A stretch of 64,000 bases of DNA. It comes from Candidatus Omnitrophota bacterium (GTDB taxonomy: Bacteria; Omnitrophota; Gorgyraeia; Zapsychrales; Fredricksoniimonadaceae). The stretch covers positions 7,762 through 71,761 of the forward strand of contig JADFYF010000001.1 in the NCBI GenBank assembly GCA_015233165.1, read 5' to 3'. The notes under the pieces were generated by a model. The model was given only the letters and a program-made list of their open reading frames with translations, searched no databases and was not told where the DNA came from. Shown here one piece after another: positions 10,417 to 19,424 of this stretch. Numbering within the stretch: the first letter of the stretch is position 1; every line of letters starts with the position of its first letter. The position numbers and the translations under genes were made by a program.

Positions 10417-11046
10417 ATGCGTGCTTTTAAAGTGATGTTTACGACCTTTGTTTTAGCTTTGGTGGCTGTTATGGGCCTTTCAGGTTGTACGGTTATTTTT
10501 CAAAAGGGGCGTCGGACTGATATAGAGAAAATTTCTAAATTAAAAAATGATTTATCTGAAATTGAACGGGCTAAGCAGGAATTAGAGAAGCGTTTGCAGG
10601 ATGAAATTAATAACAAACAGGTTAAGGTTGAAATGCAAGATAAGGGTTTGGTTATTACATTCGTCGCTGAGGTTCTTTTTGATTCCGGTAAAGCCAAGCT
10701 TCGTCAATCTTCACTGGGTAAGTTAGAGAAGGTTGCGGGTGTTTTAAACACAACGGTTGCAGATCTTAACATTGGTATTGAAGGTCATACAGATAATCAA
10801 CCTATTAAGAAATCTGGATGGAAATCCAACTGGGAATTATCAACGGCTCGTGCTTTAAGTGTCTTGCATTATTTAAGCGAACAAAAAGTGAATGAACCTC
10901 GTTTGTCAGCTATTGGTTATGGGGAATACAGACCTGTAGAGTCTAATGATACAAAGGCTGGCCGTCAAAAGAATCGTCGTGTTGAAATTGTTATTTTGCC
11001 AAAAGTAGAAAAGACTAAAGCGGAAACTGCTGAATCTGTTCAATAA
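10417..11046 (+). CDS. OmpA/MotB-family peptidoglycan-binding lipoprotein
   Basis: Lipobox LSGC. OmpA_C motifs IEGHTDNQPI, SNWELSTARA and NRRVEIVI. Confidence 0.85.
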   Translation: MRAFKVMFTTFVLALVAVMGLSGCTVIFQKGRRTDIEKISKLKNDLSEIERAKQELEKRLQDEINNKQVKVEMQDKGLVITFVAEVLFDSGKAKLRQSSLGKLEKVAGVLNTTVADLNIGIEGHTDNQPIKKSGWKSNWELSTARALSVLHYLSEQKVNEPRLSAIGYGEYRPVESNDTKAGRQKNRRVEIVILPKVEKTKAETAESVQ

Positions 11047-11068
11047 TATTTAGGTATTTACTGGTTTT

Positions 11069-11467
11069 ATGAGAAAAGATATTATTCTTGTTGTTTTGGT
11101 CTTAGCTTGCATTGGATTAATCATTCTTCTTGTCAGTCTTTTTGAAAAAACTAATAAGGTTACAAAAAGTTTAGATGAAGAGCGTTACAGCCGTATGGTG
11201 GCTGAAGAAAGTTTACAAAGAAACGCAGCTAAATTAAGCACCTTAGAAGCACAATTAAAAAGTGCGAATCAGAAGATGGCCAAGGTTCAGGATCAGATTG
11301 ATCAAGAAAAGTCAACGAATGGTGACTTGCAGAAACAATACGAAGAGCTTTTTAATGTTAAAGCTGATCTAGAAGCCAAGTTAAAGATTGCTTTGGAAGA
11401 AAAACCAGCTCCAGTAACTCCAGCAGCTCCAACACAAGAGCCGCCTCTTGAAAAAGTGAATAAATAA
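11069..11467 (+). CDS. Membrane-anchored coiled-coil protein, unknown function
   Basis: One N-terminal TM helix, then heptad-rich E/K/Q/L sequence and a Pro/Ala/Thr tail. Confidence 0.5.
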   Translation: MRKDIILVVLVLACIGLIILLVSLFEKTNKVTKSLDEERYSRMVAEESLQRNAAKLSTLEAQLKSANQKMAKVQDQIDQEKSTNGDLQKQYEELFNVKADLEAKLKIALEEKPAPVTPAAPTQEPPLEKVNK

Positions 11468-11507
11468 TGGTTTAAGAAGTTAGCCGTTTGAGGTGTGTTT
11501 AAAGGAT

Positions 11508-11534
11508 GGGGGATTTAAATCCCCCATTTTATTT
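11508..11534 (+). terminator. Intrinsic terminator (GGGGGATTTAAATCCCCC + T-rich tail)
   Basis: Perfect palindrome at 11508-11525 followed by ATTTTATTT. It lies inside the N-terminal extension in the ORF track for uppS, which argues for the downstream ATG. Confidence 0.7.
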
Positions 11535-12254
11535 ATGACGATAAATAGTATCCCGCATCATGTTGCAATTATTATGGATGGTAATGGCCGTTGGGCTAAA
11601 GAACATCATTTAATGCGTTCACAGGGGCATTTGGAAGGGGTTAAAAGGGTTGAGGAAATTATTTCTGAAGCTTGTCGTTGTGGTATAAAAGTTTTAACAC
11701 TATATGCCTTTTCTACAGAGAATTGGAATCGCCCTGAAGATGAGGTGTCCTTGCTGATGAGAACCTTAATTTCTGTTTTAGGACAAAAAGCCAAAGATTT
11801 ACATGGTAATGGTATAAGAATTAAATTCATTGGCAGACGTCAGGGGATTCCAACCTCAGTGTTAGAGGCCATGGATAAAGCGATATTTTTGACAGAAAGT
11901 AATGAAAAAATGACTTTGAATATTGCTTTTAATTATGGGGCGAGAGCAGAGATCGTAGACGCTGCAAAAAGAATGTATCAGGAAGTTGTAGACGGTAGAA
12001 TTCAAATTTCTGATGTTGATGAAAAGGGTTTTGGAAAATTCTTATATACAGAAAGAAACTCAGAAGTAGATTTGCTTATTCGTACTTCAGGAGAATATCG
12101 TATTAGTAACTTTTTGCTTTGGCAGATTTCTTATGCTGAATTTTATTTTACATCTAAATATTGGCCTGATTTTACATCAGAAGAATTGCATAAAGCTTTA
12201 AAAGATTTTTCGGGTCGTGAACGTCGATATGGGGGCATTCTATCTGCAGCTTAA
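11535..12254 (+). CDS. uppS: Undecaprenyl diphosphate synthase
   Basis: HVAIIMDGNGRWA, YAFSTENWNRP and LIRTSGE-RISNFLLWQ. The start was moved from 11493 to ATG 11535, downstream of the terminator hairpin. Confidence 0.9.
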   Translation: MTINSIPHHVAIIMDGNGRWAKEHHLMRSQGHLEGVKRVEEIISEACRCGIKVLTLYAFSTENWNRPEDEVSLLMRTLISVLGQKAKDLHGNGIRIKFIGRRQGIPTSVLEAMDKAIFLTESNEKMTLNIAFNYGARAEIVDAAKRMYQEVVDGRIQISDVDEKGFGKFLYTERNSEVDLLIRTSGEYRISNFLLWQISYAEFYFTSKYWPDFTSEELHKALKDFSGRERRYGGILSAA

Positions 12255-12268
12255 GGACAAATAATACT

Positions 12269-13093
12269 ATGTCTCGTCAGCGATTATTTTCTGCAATATT
12301 AATGAGTGTGGTGACAGCTTTGGCTGTTATTAATAACCATGTATTTATTGCTGTTGTTTGTTTCTTGACAGCTGGGGGTCTTTATGAATTCTTCTATATG
12401 GTTAAGAAGAAGGAGGTTCCTATTTATAGTTATGTGGGGATTTTAATCGGTCTTTTAATTCCTATTTCTATTTTTACACGATTTGAGTTGACGAAGAATT
12501 GGGAGTTGTTGTTTATTGTTATCGGTTTTTTGCTTATTTTATTTATGCAGTTTGCCCGTCAAGATAATAAAAATGCTATTTTAGGGTTATCAACGACACT
12601 GTTTGGTGTGTTGTATGTTTCCTGGTTTTTTAGTTTTTTGGTCAAAATCCGTTTATTGTTGCCTGGTTTTGAAGGGATGAAGCTTCTAGGGTTTATTCTG
12701 TTGGTCACTAAGTCTGGTGATATTGGGGCGTTAATTGTTGGAACAGCTATTGGTAAACATCCTCTTATTCCTAAGGTTAGTCCCAATAAATCTGTAGAAG
12801 GTACTCTAGGAGGAATTTTTGTTAGCGCTGCAGTGGCTGTTATTTTTAAAGGATTCTTACCTCCAGAAATTAATTTTCCTTTATGGCAGATCGCTTTAAT
12901 GGGAATGTTTTTTGGTTCTTTAGGACAGCTAGGGGATTTATCGGAATCCTTGATTAAACGTGATTGTGGAGTGAAAGATTCAGGTAAGCTTTTACCAGGT
13001 TTAGGTGGAGTCTTAGATATGATTGACAGTTTATTGTTCTCCGCTCCGGCATTTTATTTATACATCAGTTCAACTCTCAAGGCTTTGCAATAG
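12269..13093 (+). CDS. cdsA: Phosphatidate cytidylyltransferase
   Basis: Polytopic membrane protein with C-terminal SLIKRDCGVKDSGKLLPGLGGVLDMIDS (CdsA signature region, with deviations described in findings). The uppS-cdsA-dxr-rseP order is classical. Confidence 0.8.
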   Translation: MSRQRLFSAILMSVVTALAVINNHVFIAVVCFLTAGGLYEFFYMVKKKEVPIYSYVGILIGLLIPISIFTRFELTKNWELLFIVIGFLLILFMQFARQDNKNAILGLSTTLFGVLYVSWFFSFLVKIRLLLPGFEGMKLLGFILLVTKSGDIGALIVGTAIGKHPLIPKVSPNKSVEGTLGGIFVSAAVAVIFKGFLPPEINFPLWQIALMGMFFGSLGQLGDLSESLIKRDCGVKDSGKLLPGLGGVLDMIDSLLFSAPAFYLYISSTLKALQ

Positions 13094-13097
13094 TGTT

Positions 13098-14249
13098 ATG
13101 ACGCCTCAAGGTTTGGCTATATTAGGTTCAACAGGTTCAATTGGTGTTAATGGACTTAAGGTTGTTGATTGGAATCCTAAACGTTTTAAGGTGGTGGCTT
13201 TAAGCGCTTATAGTAATATTACGTTACTTAAAGAGCAGATTAGAAAATATAAGCCGAAATACGTTGCTGTTAAGATTGAATTTATATCTGAGTTAAAATT
13301 CGAATTTAGTTCTTTGAAAATTAAGTTTTGTGATGTTGAGAAAGAAGCTTCTCAATTAGCAGGTTTAAAAGAAGTGGATATTGTTCTTCTAGCCATGCGT
13401 GGAGCTGGAGCTTTGGAGCCGTTTTTAGAAGCGGTTCGTAAAGGCAAAAGAATTGCCCCTGCAAATAAAGAAGCGTTGGTGATTGCCGGAGATATGATTA
13501 TTACTGAAGCACGTAAGTACAATGCCGTTATTATTCCGGTGGATAGTGAACAAAGTGCAATTTTTCAGTGCCTTGATGGTCAGAAAGCTCCTGTTAAGAA
13601 GGTGCATTTAACAGCATCGGGTGGTGCATTAAGAGATGTTCCTGTAAAAAGTTTTTCTAAGATGACGGTTAAAGATATTTTACGGCATCCTCGTTGGCGT
13701 ATGGGACCTAAAATTACTGTTGATTCAGCCACTTTAATGAATAAAGGTTTTGAATTTATTGAAGCCCAGAAGCTTTTTGGATTATCTTTTGAGCAAATTA
13801 ATATTGTGATTCATCCTGAAGCGATTATCCATTCTATGGTTGAATTTTATGATGGTTCTCTCTTAGCTCAGTTAGCTGTGACCGATATGCGTTTGCCGAT
13901 TCAATATGCCCTGACCTATCCTGAACGTTTAGATTCTGGCCTGAAGCCTTTAGATTTAGTTGCGCTGAAGTCCTTAACATTTCAAAAACCTGATTTAAAG
14001 AAATTTCCGGCGTTAGATTTGGCATTAGAAGTTGCACAAAAGGGCGGAACCTTGCCATGTGTTTTAAATGCTGTTGATGAAGAGGTTGTTGATGCGTTTT
14101 TAAAAGAGAAAATTGTTTTTACATCTATTTATAAAGTTATTGAGAAGGTTGTTTGTCGTCATAAAATCAAGTCTGATCCAACATTAAATGATATTTATGA
14201 AGCAGATAACTGGGCTCGCAGAGAGGCGAAGGAAATATTATGGCGATAA
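13098..14249 (+). CDS. dxr: 1-deoxy-D-xylulose-5-phosphate reductoisomerase
   Basis: N-terminal ILGSTGSIG, plus ANKEALV, DSEQSAIFQC and HPRWRMG. The start was moved from 13023 to ATG 13098, just after the cdsA stop. Confidence 0.9.
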   Translation: MTPQGLAILGSTGSIGVNGLKVVDWNPKRFKVVALSAYSNITLLKEQIRKYKPKYVAVKIEFISELKFEFSSLKIKFCDVEKEASQLAGLKEVDIVLLAMRGAGALEPFLEAVRKGKRIAPANKEALVIAGDMIITEARKYNAVIIPVDSEQSAIFQCLDGQKAPVKKVHLTASGGALRDVPVKSFSKMTVKDILRHPRWRMGPKITVDSATLMNKGFEFIEAQKLFGLSFEQINIVIHPEAIIHSMVEFYDGSLLAQLAVTDMRLPIQYALTYPERLDSGLKPLDLVALKSLTFQKPDLKKFPALDLALEVAQKGGTLPCVLNAVDEEVVDAFLKEKIVFTSIYKVIEKVVCRHKIKSDPTLNDIYEADNWARREAKEILWR

Positions 14250-15352
14250 TCGTTTTTATTATTATTTTAAGTATTCTGATAGTTGTCCATGAATGGGGTC
14301 ATTTTATTACCGCTAAAAAATGCGGTGTTAAAGTCGAGCAGTTTTCTTTAGGTTTTGGTCCTAAATTATTCAGCCGAGTCTTGGATAATACGGAATTTTG
14401 TTTGTGTCTGATCCCTTTAGGCGGGTATGTTAAGATGGCAGGGGATGAGCGAGCTCGTGTCACAGGAAATCCTGAAGAGTTTCTTTCAAAGTCTGTAGGC
14501 CAGAAATCTTTGATTGTTGTTATGGGACCTGTTGTTAATCTACTGTTTGCCTACCTTTGTTTTTGGTTAGTTTTTAATATTGGTAAGGTGGATTTAGATG
14601 CAACAGCAAAGAGGGTTCCTGCTGTTGTAGGGCAGGTCTTAGCAAGCTCTCCAGCTTCAAAAGCAGGCCTAATGGTTAAGGATAAGGTTCTGATCATCAA
14701 TGATCAGCCGATTACCCATTGGCCGGACTTACAGGACTATGTATCGAAATCCAAAACCTCCTCTTTAAAGATTACTTTGAATCGTGATGGACAAACAATT
14801 GTTAAAGAACTTGTTCCCGAAGATCATCTGCAGAAAGATATCTTTGGTCGAGAACATAATATTAGACGTATTGGTGTTGGGCCTTTGCAGGTACAGAACT
14901 CTCAAGATATTGTTATCGTGCGTTATGGGCCTATTGAGTCCTTTGGTCAAGCGGCCATTGAATTATGGGATATTACAATCAAGACGTATTCTGCTTTATA
15001 TGAAATGTTGATAGGTCTTCGTTCTCCTAAAGAAGCGATGGGTATTGTAGGAATGTTTTTTGTTATCAAGTTTGCGTTAACGGTTGGTTTTTCATTTTTA
15101 CTTCATATTCTTGGAGTCATCAGTGCATCATTAGCGCTGTTTAACCTTTTGCCTTTAATTCCTCTCGATGGCGGACATTTGCTTTTGTTTCTTATTGAAA
15201 AGGTACGAGGGAAGGTCTTGTCAGAGAAGGTTGATGGGATCATTGCTAAAGCAGGGGTATCTTTAATTCTCCTTTTAGCGGTGTTTGTTTTTTATGTTGA
15301 TTTTGAGCGTATCGGTTTAATTGATCATGTTTTTAAAATCTTTAGGGGGTAA
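14240..15352 (+). CDS. rseP: Site-2 (RIP) zinc metalloprotease with PDZ domain
   Basis: HEWGHF zinc motif, an internal PDZ-like segment and NLLPLIPLDGGH. Confidence 0.9.
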   Translation: MAIIVFIIILSILIVVHEWGHFITAKKCGVKVEQFSLGFGPKLFSRVLDNTEFCLCLIPLGGYVKMAGDERARVTGNPEEFLSKSVGQKSLIVVMGPVVNLLFAYLCFWLVFNIGKVDLDATAKRVPAVVGQVLASSPASKAGLMVKDKVLIINDQPITHWPDLQDYVSKSKTSSLKITLNRDGQTIVKELVPEDHLQKDIFGREHNIRRIGVGPLQVQNSQDIVIVRYGPIESFGQAAIELWDITIKTYSALYEMLIGLRSPKEAMGIVGMFFVIKFALTVGFSFLLHILGVISASLALFNLLPLIPLDGGHLLLFLIEKVRGKVLSEKVDGIIAKAGVSLILLLAVFVFYVDFERIGLIDHVFKIFRG

Positions 15353-15358
15353 TGGTCT

Positions 15359-16633
15359 ATGGCATCATCTGAGATGAGTGATGTTAAGTCGCGTATTCAC
15401 CATTATTTAATTTCTCGCACTAACTTTCTGGAAGTTAAAGATAAGATGAACGAGGATCAATTGAGAATCTTTGTTGATCAGGCGATTACAACCTTAGCTC
15501 AAGAAAGTAAATTGATTATTTCTTTAGAAGACCGTACTACTGTTATTAGAGAATTGGTGAGTGCTATTACGAGTCTTGGGCCGATACGTCCTTTAGTTGA
15601 AGATCCTTCAATCTCAGAAATTATGATTAACGGTGCTAAGTCCATTTATATTCAGCGTAATGGAAGAATAGAGAAGACAAGTGTTCAGTTTGCGGATAAT
15701 GCAGCGTTGGTTCATACAATTCATAAAATTTTAGCCTCTTCTGGTTCTTCCAGACGAGTGGATGAATCCTCTCCTTATGTGGATTTTTCGATGACGGATG
15801 GTTCTCGTGTGAATGTTCTTTTGCCTCCATTATCATTAAATGGTCCTATTGTGACTATACGTAAATTTTCTCGTGATTTGACCACTGTCGATGAGTTAGT
15901 CGAAAGGCATTCTTTAAACAGACAGATGGCAGATTTTCTAATAGCTTCAATTAAAGCCAAACTTAATATTGTTTTCTGTGGTTCTACAGGAAGCGGTAAG
16001 ACAACGCTGCTTAATGTGTTATCGAGTCATATCCCGGAGCATGAACGCATTATTACGATCGAAGATACCGCTGAACTTCGTTTAATGCAGGAACATGTGG
16101 TATCCTTACAAGCTAAGGCGCCTAATATTGAAGGCAAGGGAGAGGTGACGATCAGAGATTTGTTTATTAATTCTCTGCGTATGCGTCCGGATCGTATTAT
16201 TATCGGTGAAGTCAGGGGTTCTGAAATTTTAGACTTAATTCAGTCTATTTCAAGTGGACATTCAGGCGCTTTGGCCATTGTCCATGCGGATTCTCCGGAA
16301 GAATGTTTTAATCGTATGATTACGATGATGCTGATGTCGGGGATTCGACTTAGCGGAGAACAAATTCAGCAACAAATTGCAACGTCGATTGATCTGATTG
16401 TCTACGTCGAACTTTTTTTAGATGGTATCCGTCGAGTTGTCAACGTTACTGATTTAAGGTTTGATAAGAATACGAAATATATTGCTTTAGAAGATATTTT
16501 TACATTTAAACAAGAGGGAGTTGAGAATGGGAAGGTGTTGGGAAGCTGGGTCATGACGCCTAAGGAACCCTCCTGTTATCATAAGTTTCAAAAAAGAAAT
16601 ATTTCTCTTCCCGATTTTATTACAACAAAATAG
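15359..16633 (+). CDS. CpaF/TadA-type secretion ATPase (type II/IV secretion NTPase family)
   Basis: Walker A GSTGSGKTT, ITIEDTAEL, RPDRIIIGEVRG and the His box SGHSG. No other tad/pil genes are in the window. Confidence 0.75.
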   Translation: MASSEMSDVKSRIHHYLISRTNFLEVKDKMNEDQLRIFVDQAITTLAQESKLIISLEDRTTVIRELVSAITSLGPIRPLVEDPSISEIMINGAKSIYIQRNGRIEKTSVQFADNAALVHTIHKILASSGSSRRVDESSPYVDFSMTDGSRVNVLLPPLSLNGPIVTIRKFSRDLTTVDELVERHSLNRQMADFLIASIKAKLNIVFCGSTGSGKTTLLNVLSSHIPEHERIITIEDTAELRLMQEHVVSLQAKAPNIEGKGEVTIRDLFINSLRMRPDRIIIGEVRGSEILDLIQSISSGHSGALAIVHADSPEECFNRMITMMLMSGIRLSGEQIQQQIATSIDLIVYVELFLDGIRRVVNVTDLRFDKNTKYIALEDIFTFKQEGVENGKVLGSWVMTPKEPSCYHKFQKRNISLPDFITTK

Positions 16634-16644
16634 AAAGAACAATT

Positions 16645-17886
16645 ATGTATTGGTCAAAGTATTTTATTCCCACACTTAAAGAGATTCCTATAGGCACAGA
16701 GGCGATTAGTCATCAGCTATCACTACGGGCTTCGTTGGTCCACATGTTAACCTCAGGAGTGTATTCCTATTTACCAGTGGGCTACAGAGTGTTACGTAAG
16801 GTTGAAGACATTATTCGTCAAGAGATGGATGCGATTGGTTGTTGTGAACTTTTACTGCCCTCGCTGCATCCTATGGAGATTTGGAAGAAAACAGGTCGTG
16901 ATCAGACATTAAAAGAAATCATGATTACTTTTGATAATAAAAAAGGTCAGCATATGTGTTTGGGACCAACCCATGAAGAGATTATCACGACGCTGGCTAA
17001 AGATTATATCCAAAGTTATCGTCAGTTGCCTGTGACGTTGTATCAGATTCAAACCAAATTTCGTGATGAAATGCGTACTCGTTTTGGTATTGTACGCGCC
17101 TGTGAATTTATCATGAAGGATGCGTATAGTTTTGATCGTAATATGGAAGGTTTAAAGAAAAACTATGAACAACAGCTAGCGGCTTATGTCCGAATTTTTA
17201 AGCGTTGCGGATTAGATCCAATCGTAGTGGCAGCGGATAGTGGGGCGATGGGGGGCAGTATTTCTCATGAATTTTTAGTCACAGCCCCTATTGGAGAAGA
17301 TGCGATTTGGGTGAATACCATTAATGGCGAGGTTGTTAAAGATGTGGATGGTACAGCTCCATCTTTAGCAGGAGACTGGGTGAAGAAGGTTGCTATTGAG
17401 CTTGGACACATTTTTCAATTAGGAACTAAGTATAGTGACTCCTTGGGAGCTGTCTTTTTAGATGAAGATGGCAAACAAAAACCTATGATTATGGGGTGTT
17501 ATGGAATTGGCGTCAGCCGTTTGATTGCCGCTATTATTGAATTAAACTCGGATCAGGCGGGAATTATCTGGCCTAAAGATGTCGCTCCATTTGATGTTGA
17601 ACTTCTGCCGGTACAGGCTTCGGATCCAGTGGCTATGGAGTTGGCTCAATCTTATTATACGGAATTAAAAGCAGCTGGAGTTGATGTCTTAATGGATGAT
17701 CGGGATGAAAGTGCTGGACGTAAGTTTAATGATGCAGATCTTATCGGCATTCCTTTAAGGGTCATTATTGGTAAACGTATGTTGGCACAAAACCAGGTTG
17801 AAATTAAAGACAGACGTACAGGAGTGATGACGGCCGTTTCTAAAGATAATCTTAAAGAAGAAATTTTAAAGAGACTAAAAGCATGA
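16645..17886 (+). CDS. proS: Prolyl-tRNA synthetase, bacterial type without the INS editing domain (413 aa)
   Basis: Class II motifs (QIQTKFRDEMRTRFGIVRACEF, MGCYGIGVSRL) and a C-terminal anticodon-binding domain. Only about 35 aa lie between motifs 2 and 3, where the roughly 180-aa INS normally sits. Confidence 0.85.
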   Translation: MYWSKYFIPTLKEIPIGTEAISHQLSLRASLVHMLTSGVYSYLPVGYRVLRKVEDIIRQEMDAIGCCELLLPSLHPMEIWKKTGRDQTLKEIMITFDNKKGQHMCLGPTHEEIITTLAKDYIQSYRQLPVTLYQIQTKFRDEMRTRFGIVRACEFIMKDAYSFDRNMEGLKKNYEQQLAAYVRIFKRCGLDPIVVAADSGAMGGSISHEFLVTAPIGEDAIWVNTINGEVVKDVDGTAPSLAGDWVKKVAIELGHIFQLGTKYSDSLGAVFLDEDGKQKPMIMGCYGIGVSRLIAAIIELNSDQAGIIWPKDVAPFDVELLPVQASDPVAMELAQSYYTELKAAGVDVLMDDRDESAGRKFNDADLIGIPLRVIIGKRMLAQNQVEIKDRRTGVMTAVSKDNLKEEILKRLKA

Positions 17887-18350
17887 CACCTCAGGAACAG
17901 CAAAAGATTATTTACAAGAAGATTGACGGTATTGCCCAATCTTTAAACTTGGAGTTGGTTGAGCTTAAGATTGCTACTCATCAAAAGGATGTTATGATCC
18001 AAGTTTTAGCAGACAAGCCTCGTGGAGGTATCGGCATAGAAGAATGTACCCTTTTAAATCGTTCTATCGTCGAAGCTATTGACAAAGAGGCCTTTTTCAG
18101 TGAAGATGGTTATTCTTTGGAGGTATCTTCCCCTGGTTTAGATAGGCCTCTGGTGACATTTAGAGATTTCTCAAGAAATATCAACCTTGAAGTCAGGGTT
18201 TTACTGAAGGAAAAAGTATTGGGTAAGGGTGAATATGTAGGGGTTGTCAAGTCGGTGACAGAAGATGTCTTAACGTTGTTGACGACCAAGGAACAGAAAG
18301 AAATTAATGTGCCGATAAATCTTATACAACAGGGTTTATTGGTTATTTAG
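17883..18350 (+). CDS. rimP: Ribosome maturation factor RimP
   Basis: LEVSSPGLDRPL motif, in the classical rimP-nusA-infB order. Confidence 0.85.
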   Translation: MTPQEQQKIIYKKIDGIAQSLNLELVELKIATHQKDVMIQVLADKPRGGIGIEECTLLNRSIVEAIDKEAFFSEDGYSLEVSSPGLDRPLVTFRDFSRNINLEVRVLLKEKVLGKGEYVGVVKSVTEDVLTLLTTKEQKEINVPINLIQQGLLVI

Positions 18351-18369
18351 CAAAAGGGGAAAAGAAGTT

Positions 18370-19419
18370 ATGGATAATGAATTATTAACGATTTTAGAAC
18401 AATTGGAACGTGACAAGGGAATCAGCAAGGAAACCTTGATTGAAGCTGTAGAATCTGCGGTGGCATCGGCTGCTCGTAAAATTTGGACCGTCGACAAAGA
18501 AGAAGATATTAAGGTTGTTTTAGACCGTAAATCTGGAAAGATTACCGCTTGGGCTGGTGAAGAAGAAATTCATTCTAGTGAATTCGGACGGATTGCTGCT
18601 CAGACAGCAAAACAGGTGGTTATTCAGAAAATTCGTGAAGCTGAGAAGGATGTTGTCTTTATTGAATACAATGCCCGAGTCGGACAAATTATCAGCGGAG
18701 GTGTTTACCGTTTTGAACGTGGGAATATTATTGTTGATTTAGGAAAATCAGAAGCTTTGATTCCTCGCAGTGAACAATCCAATAAGGAAGAGTTCCGTCA
18801 GGGTGAACGTATTCGTGCGTACTTATTAGAAGTTCGTCGTGATATTCGTGGTCCTCAGATTGTTTTATCTAGAACCAACGTGAATTTCGTCAAACGTTTA
18901 TTTGAATTAGAAGTCCCTGAAATTTATGAAGGAATCATTGAAATAAAAGCGATTGCTCGTGATCCAGGTGAGCGTACCAAAATAGCCGTTTATTCCAAGG
19001 ATGAAAAGATTGACTGCGTTGGTGCTTGTGTGGGGATGCGTGGCAGTCGTGTGAAGAATATTGTCACCGAGCTTCATGGGGAGAAGATTGATATTGTTCG
19101 TTATTCAGATGATATTAAAGAATATATTCAAGCAGCGTTGTCTCCGGCTGAAATTTCTCAAATGCAGTTAATCAGCGAGGAAAAACGTGTTAACATTATT
19201 GTCGATGAAGATCAATTATCCTTGGCTATAGGTAAATATGGTCAGAATGTTCGTTTAGCCAGTAAATTAGTTGGATGGGAATTAGACATCTATTCAGCTA
19301 AACAGTGGGAAGAAAAGCATAAACCGGCTGATGCTAAAGAAGCAAAAGAAGTAAAATCAAAGACCGATATAACTCCTTCTGATGAGGATTCTAAAGAAGA
19401 AGAGGAACAAGAAGGATAG
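18370..19419 (+). CDS. nusA: Transcription termination/antitermination factor NusA (no AR1/AR2 repeats; acidic tail)
   Basis: N-terminal domain, S1 region and two KH regions (GACVGMRGSRV, AIGKYGQNVRLA). Confidence 0.9.
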   Translation: MDNELLTILEQLERDKGISKETLIEAVESAVASAARKIWTVDKEEDIKVVLDRKSGKITAWAGEEEIHSSEFGRIAAQTAKQVVIQKIREAEKDVVFIEYNARVGQIISGGVYRFERGNIIVDLGKSEALIPRSEQSNKEEFRQGERIRAYLLEVRRDIRGPQIVLSRTNVNFVKRLFELEVPEIYEGIIEIKAIARDPGERTKIAVYSKDEKIDCVGACVGMRGSRVKNIVTELHGEKIDIVRYSDDIKEYIQAALSPAEISQMQLISEEKRVNIIVDEDQLSLAIGKYGQNVRLASKLVGWELDIYSAKQWEEKHKPADAKEAKEVKSKTDITPSDEDSKEEEEQEG

Positions 19420-19424
19420 AAAAG

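Noticed and set aside
13023-13097. N-terminal extensions in the ORF track: dxr from 13023, scpA from 22928, ccsA from 35199, the octahaem cytochrome from 39684, uppS from 11493, the aldolase from 59137 and mobA from 48870.
   Set aside because: The extensions overlap the upstream gene or a terminator hairpin and add non-conserved residues. Internal ATGs placed after the upstream stop and/or behind a Shine-Dalgarno sequence give canonical N-termini (for example ILGSTGSIG for Dxr, and a signal peptide for CcsA).
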